A stretch of 64,000 nucleotides of DNA from an uncultured Candidatus Binatia bacterium. Lineage in GTDB: Bacteria; Desulfobacterota; Binatia; UBA9968; JAJDTQ01. Location of the stretch: NCBI GenBank assembly GCA_965242525.1, contig OZ251459.1, positions 1,888,001-1,952,000 of the forward strand, read 5' to 3'. Under the pieces are notes generated by a model. The model made no database searches and was not told the DNA's origin. It saw only the letters and a list, made by a program, of their open reading frames with translations. Every line of letters starts with the position of its first letter. The first letter of the stretch is position 1. Shown here in pieces: positions 60,364-64,000 of the stretch. The position numbers and the translations under genes were made by a program.

Positions 60364-62472
60364 TCAGATCTCCATGACCAGGTTCAGGTAGGGGTCCACC
60401 GTGACGCGCGCTCCGGGGGGCACCGGGACGGTGGTGAAGGGGAGCTCCAGGATGGCCGGACCCGCGATCTCGTTGCCTGCCTTGAGAAGGGCGTCGTCAT
60501 ATACCGGGGTCTCGATGAACCGCCGTTCCGGCCGGGTGAAGTAAACGCCCCGCTTGCCCTTGACCGCCTGGGCGCCGTCGCCCTTCTCCACCGGCTGCGC
60601 CTTCAGTTCCGGCTTGGTCACCAACCCCACCGCGTCCACCCGGATGGCGCTGATCTCGATGCCGGCCTTGGTGTAGCCGGCGCCCACGCCGTAGAGCTCC
60701 TCGTATTTCTTCTCGAACATTTCCTGCAGCTCGTGCAGGCGCGCGTCCGTGAATCGGTCCCACGTCAACGGGATCTCCACGCCCGCGGTCTGCCGGCGGT
60801 AGCGCATGGTGAAGAACCGGCGGAACTCCACCTGGTCGGACGGGAAGCCCTCCGCGGTCATGGCCTCCCCCAACTCCTTCTCGATGGCGTCCAGCCTCTG
60901 GTTCGGTCCGGCAGGCTCGGTGGGCAGGATGTACTGGCAGGTCATGACGCGGGTGTGGATGACGTCGGCCGCAGCCACCCCGAAGGCCGAGAACACCGGC
61001 GAGGTGGGGAAGATGTAGATCTTGTGGATTCCCAGCTCGGCCGAGAAGCCTGCGGAATGGACCGGGCCGGCGCCGCCGAAGGCATAGATCACGAACTCCT
61101 CCGGCAGGTAACCGGTGCGCACCACCTGCTGGCGGATGAGGTCCGACATCTTGCTGTTGACGATGTCATAGACGCCCGCGGCCGCCTCCACGTTGCTCAG
61201 GCCCAACGGCTTGGCGATCTTCTCCTCCAGCACCTTGGCGGCCTTCTCCTTGTTGAGGGACTTGCGTCCGCCGAGGAAATAGTCGGGATCGATGATGCCC
61301 AGGATCAGGTCGCAGTCCGTCACCGTCACTTCCTCGCCGCCGGCGTCGTAGCAGACCGGCCCCGGGCTGGCGCCCGCGCTCTGGGGACCCACCAGGAGCC
61401 GGCCGGTCTCGTCGTCCACCCGGGCGATGGTGCCGCCGCCGGCGCCGATGGACTGGATGTCGATGATGGGTTGCAGCATCCGGAAACGCTCCACGATGGG
61501 CTCCGCGGCGTAACGCCAATAGCCTTCCGTGATGAGGCCCACGTCGAAGCTCGTGCCCCCCATGTCCGCGGTGATCACGTTGGGATGCCCCAGCAGACCG
61601 GCCACGTAGGCCGAAGCGATGGCGCCGCCGGCCGGACCGGACTGGAGGTTGGACACCGGGGTGGCGTGCATGCGGTGGGCCACGCCGCCGTTCCCCTGCA
61701 TGATCAGGAAGGGTCCCTCCAGGCCCCCCTCCTCCAACCGGGTCTGGAGGCCGCCGAGATAGCGGTCGACGGTGGGGCCCAGGAAGCTGTTGATGATGGC
61801 GGTGTTGGCGCGCGCGTACTCGCCGGCCACCTGGGCCAGCTCGCTGCCGAAGGACCAGAACACCTTGCGCGACGGGTCCGCCTCCAGGGCCAGCGCCCGC
61901 ACGTCGTCTTCGTGTTTCGAGTTGGCCCAGGCGTGGAGGAAGCTCACCGCGATGGCCTCGCAACCCTCTTCGTCCACGAGCTCGCGGATGGCGTCCATCA
62001 CGTCCTGCCGGGACAGGGGCACGATCACCTCGCCGCGGTAGTCGATGCGTTCGCGGACCCCCAGGACCCTCTCCCTGGGAACCAGCGGCTCGGGCTTGGT
62101 GACCCAGGTGGCGTGGCGGATCTCCTCTTCGGAGAGGCCGTCCACCCGCCCGATGGCGCGCATGATCTCCGTCGTGTCCTCGAACCCCCGGGTGGTGATG
62201 AAGCCCACCTTGACCCCCGTGCGGGTAATCAGGGCGTTGGTGGCGACGGTGCTGCCGTGCTTGAACAGGACCGCCTGTCCCAGGAGGTCGGAACGGTCCA
62301 CTTCCACCACGCGGGCGGCCTCGGTGAGGGCGTCCATGACGCCGCGGGAGAACTCGTCCGGCGTGGTCGAAGCCTTCGCGGTCCACACCTCCCCGCTCCG
62401 GGACATGACCACCACGTCGGTAAAGGTCCCGCCCGTGTCGATGCCGATGATGTACTCTTTCGCTTCCGCCAT
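60364..62472 (-). CDS. Hydantoinase A/oxoprolinase family protein
   Basis: IDTGGTFTD, HGSTVATNA, SGPAGG, DMGGTSFD, IGAGGG, SAGA.PGP.CY, AFGGAG. Confidence 0.92.
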   Translation of the reverse strand: MAEAKEYIIGIDTGGTFTDVVVMSRSGEVWTAKASTTPDEFSRGVMDALTEAARVVEVDRSDLLGQAVLFKHGSTVATNALITRTGVKVGFITTRGFEDTTEIMRAIGRVDGLSEEEIRHATWVTKPEPLVPRERVLGVRERIDYRGEVIVPLSRQDVMDAIRELVDEEGCEAIAVSFLHAWANSKHEDDVRALALEADPSRKVFWSFGSELAQVAGEYARANTAIINSFLGPTVDRYLGGLQTRLEEGGLEGPFLIMQGNGGVAHRMHATPVSNLQSGPAGGAIASAYVAGLLGHPNVITADMGGTSFDVGLITEGYWRYAAEPIVERFRMLQPIIDIQSIGAGGGTIARVDDETGRLLVGPQSAGASPGPVCYDAGGEEVTVTDCDLILGIIDPDYFLGGRKSLNKEKAAKVLEEKIAKPLGLSNVEAAAGVYDIVNSKMSDLIRQQVVRTGYLPEEFVIYAFGGAGPVHSAGFSAELGIHKIYIFPTSPVFSAFGVAAADVIHTRVMTCQYILPTEPAGPNQRLDAIEKELGEAMTAEGFPSDQVEFRRFFTMRYRRQTAGVEIPLTWDRFTDARLHELQEMFEKKYEELYGVGAGYTKAGIEISAIRVDAVGLVTKPELKAQPVEKGDGAQAVKGKRGVYFTRPERRFIETPVYDDALLKAGNEIAGPAILELPFTTVPVPPGARVTVDPYLNLVMEI

Positions 62473-62711
62473 GCCTTTCCTTCCTCCTGATCCCGAACTC
62501 GACCCCGTCACCCTGCGCCGCCCCGGCCGGGACGCGCCGAAGATACTAGCTAGCGCGTCCGGCCAGCGGATTCAAGGGGCGGCTTGGCGGTACAGGACGT
62601 CAAGGCCGAACGGACCGGCGAACGCCGGTCTTCGTCCGCGGCGTCAGCGGTTCGAGGCGTCCCGGGCGGCGTGCGGCGGACTGCGCCTGCCGGGGCTGGG
62701 CTGCCGCCACG

Positions 62712-63023
62712 TCAGACGGTCGCCGGGTCGCGCCGGCCGATGTCGGACTTGGAGATGAAGTGCAGGAGGGGCCAGCCAGCGTCTTGTTCCAGGTCAGCGT
62801 CAGCATCCAGCCCCGAATGCACGTCGTCCTTCACGAGCAACAGGCCGGCGGGGTTCAGTTGTTCGTACTTGCCCTTGTAGATGATTTTGATGTCAACGAT
62901 GGGGTCCTCGTCGATGCCCAACCCGGGCTTCACGTTGATCCTGACGATCTCGACGCTGCCGAAATGGCGCTTGAAGGCCTCTTCGGCAATCTTGCGTATC
63001 TTCTGTATTTTCGGTTCGTCCAT
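62712..63023 (-). CDS. Hypothetical protein
   Basis: 103-aa ORF with GGAGG RBS before MDEPK. Confidence 0.65.
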   Translation of the reverse strand: MDEPKIQKIRKIAEEAFKRHFGSVEIVRINVKPGLGIDEDPIVDIKIIYKGKYEQLNPAGLLLVKDDVHSGLDADADLEQDAGWPLLHFISKSDIGRRDPATV

Positions 63024-63165
63024 CTCGAACCTCCCATCATGGCCGTCGCTTGAAGAGCACATGGGCGGCGAAACTGCGCGGGCCTTGATATCCGCCTGCA
63101 TCGCTCGTCCGGCATGACGCTGTGCGGAGGATATGCCCTTACAACGCGATGGAAGCCAAGCAAGC

Positions 63166-63408
63166 TCAACGATACGCCTCCCGCCGGTGCAGTACGCGAA
63201 CGACAACGATGTCGTTTTCCTGTCGGAAGATTACCCGCCAGTTTCCCACCCGCAGTCGGAACCGGCCGCGCCATTGGCCGCCGAGGGCGCGCACGTCGCC
63301 CACGCCGCTCGCGGCAAAACGATCCACTGCATCCAGCACCCGTTTCCGGTCCTCGATCGGTAGGTCTTCCATGTCCTTGGCGGCGCGATGGGTGTAACGG
63401 GCCGTCAC
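63166..63408 (-). CDS. relE: RelE/ParE family toxin
   Basis: GDVRAL.G...FRLRVGNWRVIF...VLHRREAYR. Confidence 0.9.
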   Translation of the reverse strand: MTARYTHRAAKDMEDLPIEDRKRVLDAVDRFAASGVGDVRALGGQWRGRFRLRVGNWRVIFRQENDIVVVRVLHRREAYR

Positions 63409-63674
63409 AGTCCAAGGTGAGCACGAAGCTCGGCCGCGGTGACGGTCTGCCCGGCCTCGAAGTCGCGCTCCCCTTCCTCGATCGCTTCCGCTTCGCGAGC
63501 CGTGACCGGTTCATCGTCCGTCGGCGCCTTGGCCAGTGCCTCTGCTGCCGGCCCGGAACGCGACAGCGCGGACAATCCGGCGAGCACCCGGCCGGCCGTC
63601 TCCAACTCCTCGTCTGGCAGCATGTCCACTAGCTGGTGGATCTGTTCCCTTGCAGGCATGATCGTGTCCTCCAT
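63405..63674 (-). CDS. Putative antitoxin
   Basis: Acidic; IHQLVD.LP.EEL, DDEP.T..E..AI.EG; GTGA overlap with the toxin. Confidence 0.8.
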   Translation of the reverse strand: MEDTIMPAREQIHQLVDMLPDEELETAGRVLAGLSALSRSGPAAEALAKAPTDDEPVTAREAEAIEEGERDFEAGQTVTAAELRAHLGL

Positions 63675-63780
63675 GTCCGGGAACCCATTTCCATAGGGAA
63701 GCCGCGCAAGTCGCCATCAAACCGGGAGAACCTGCATTATACCCTTTTTCGGAGGGCATGACGCAACGGCCCGCAGCGCC

Positions 63781-64000
63781 TCAGTTCATCACCAGGCCGC
63801 CGTTGACGTGGAGGGTGTAGCCGGTGATGTAGGTGTTCTGCGGGCCCACCAGGAAGTAGAAACCTTCGGCGGCGTCCTCGGGCTGGCCGGTGCGGCCCAG
63901 GGGAATCAGCGGTTTCCATTTCTCGCGCTGTTCCGGGGTGGACTTGGCCAGCACCCGCGGCGTATCCGTGGGGCCCGGGGCCACGGCGTTGACGAGGATG
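63781..64000 (-). CDS. SDR family oxidoreductase (3' part only)
   Basis: VNAVAPGPTDT, IPLGR.G.PED, ITG..LHVNGG. Confidence 0.85.
   Translation of the reverse strand, partial: ILVNAVAPGPTDTPRVLAKSTPEQREKWKPLIPLGRTGQPEDAAEGFYFLVGPQNTYITGYTLHVNGGLVMN

Noticed and set aside
58303-62490. 1395-aa plus-strand ORF (also 42241-45810, 28648-30564 and similar)
   Set aside because: Antisense shadows of motif-bearing genes in high-GC DNA; no recognisable motifs

Overview
High-GC bacterial chromosome segment. The gene orders ispE-tRNA-Gln-prs-rplY-pth, rpsF-rpsR-DUF2232-rplI and ccsA-hemA-hemC-hemD-hemB suggest a Deltaproteobacteria/Binatota-like organism (inference only). The housekeeping and metabolic backbone includes sdhAB, a split transketolase, hppA, gor, heme genes, a GldAFG-like ABC system, and UbiD/amidohydrolase/Zn-ADH and hydantoinase-type clusters. 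Four AT-richer accessory patches interrupt it. (1) 4.8-6.7 kb: a UDG-fold protein, a GIY-YIG relic between 27-bp inverted palindromic repeats, a lipoprotein and an orphan HicB. (2) 19.3-25.1 kb: an IS630 relic, two unknown envelope proteins, an invasin-like beta-barrel with a separate Ig-repeat protein, and a BamHI-like type II R-M pair. (3) 39.1-41.0 kb: a collapsed BREX type 3 locus (brxF, pglXI and pglZ fragments) that still carries an intact Clp-fold serine protease and an 80-aa partner. (4) 50.6-57.1 kb: radC, a uvrD/wHTH chimera and type III mod-res, followed by a VapC toxin with no separate antitoxin gene. The best candidate for an undescribed system is in patch 4. The Res subunit ends in a VapB-like helix (MTSEEVRQARDEGRAR) and overlaps vapC by ATGA, suggesting a restriction enzyme that also serves as the antitoxin. 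A family-B polymerase with an intact exonuclease but degenerate polymerase motifs is also notable. All family assignments come from motif recognition by eye; no database searches were run.
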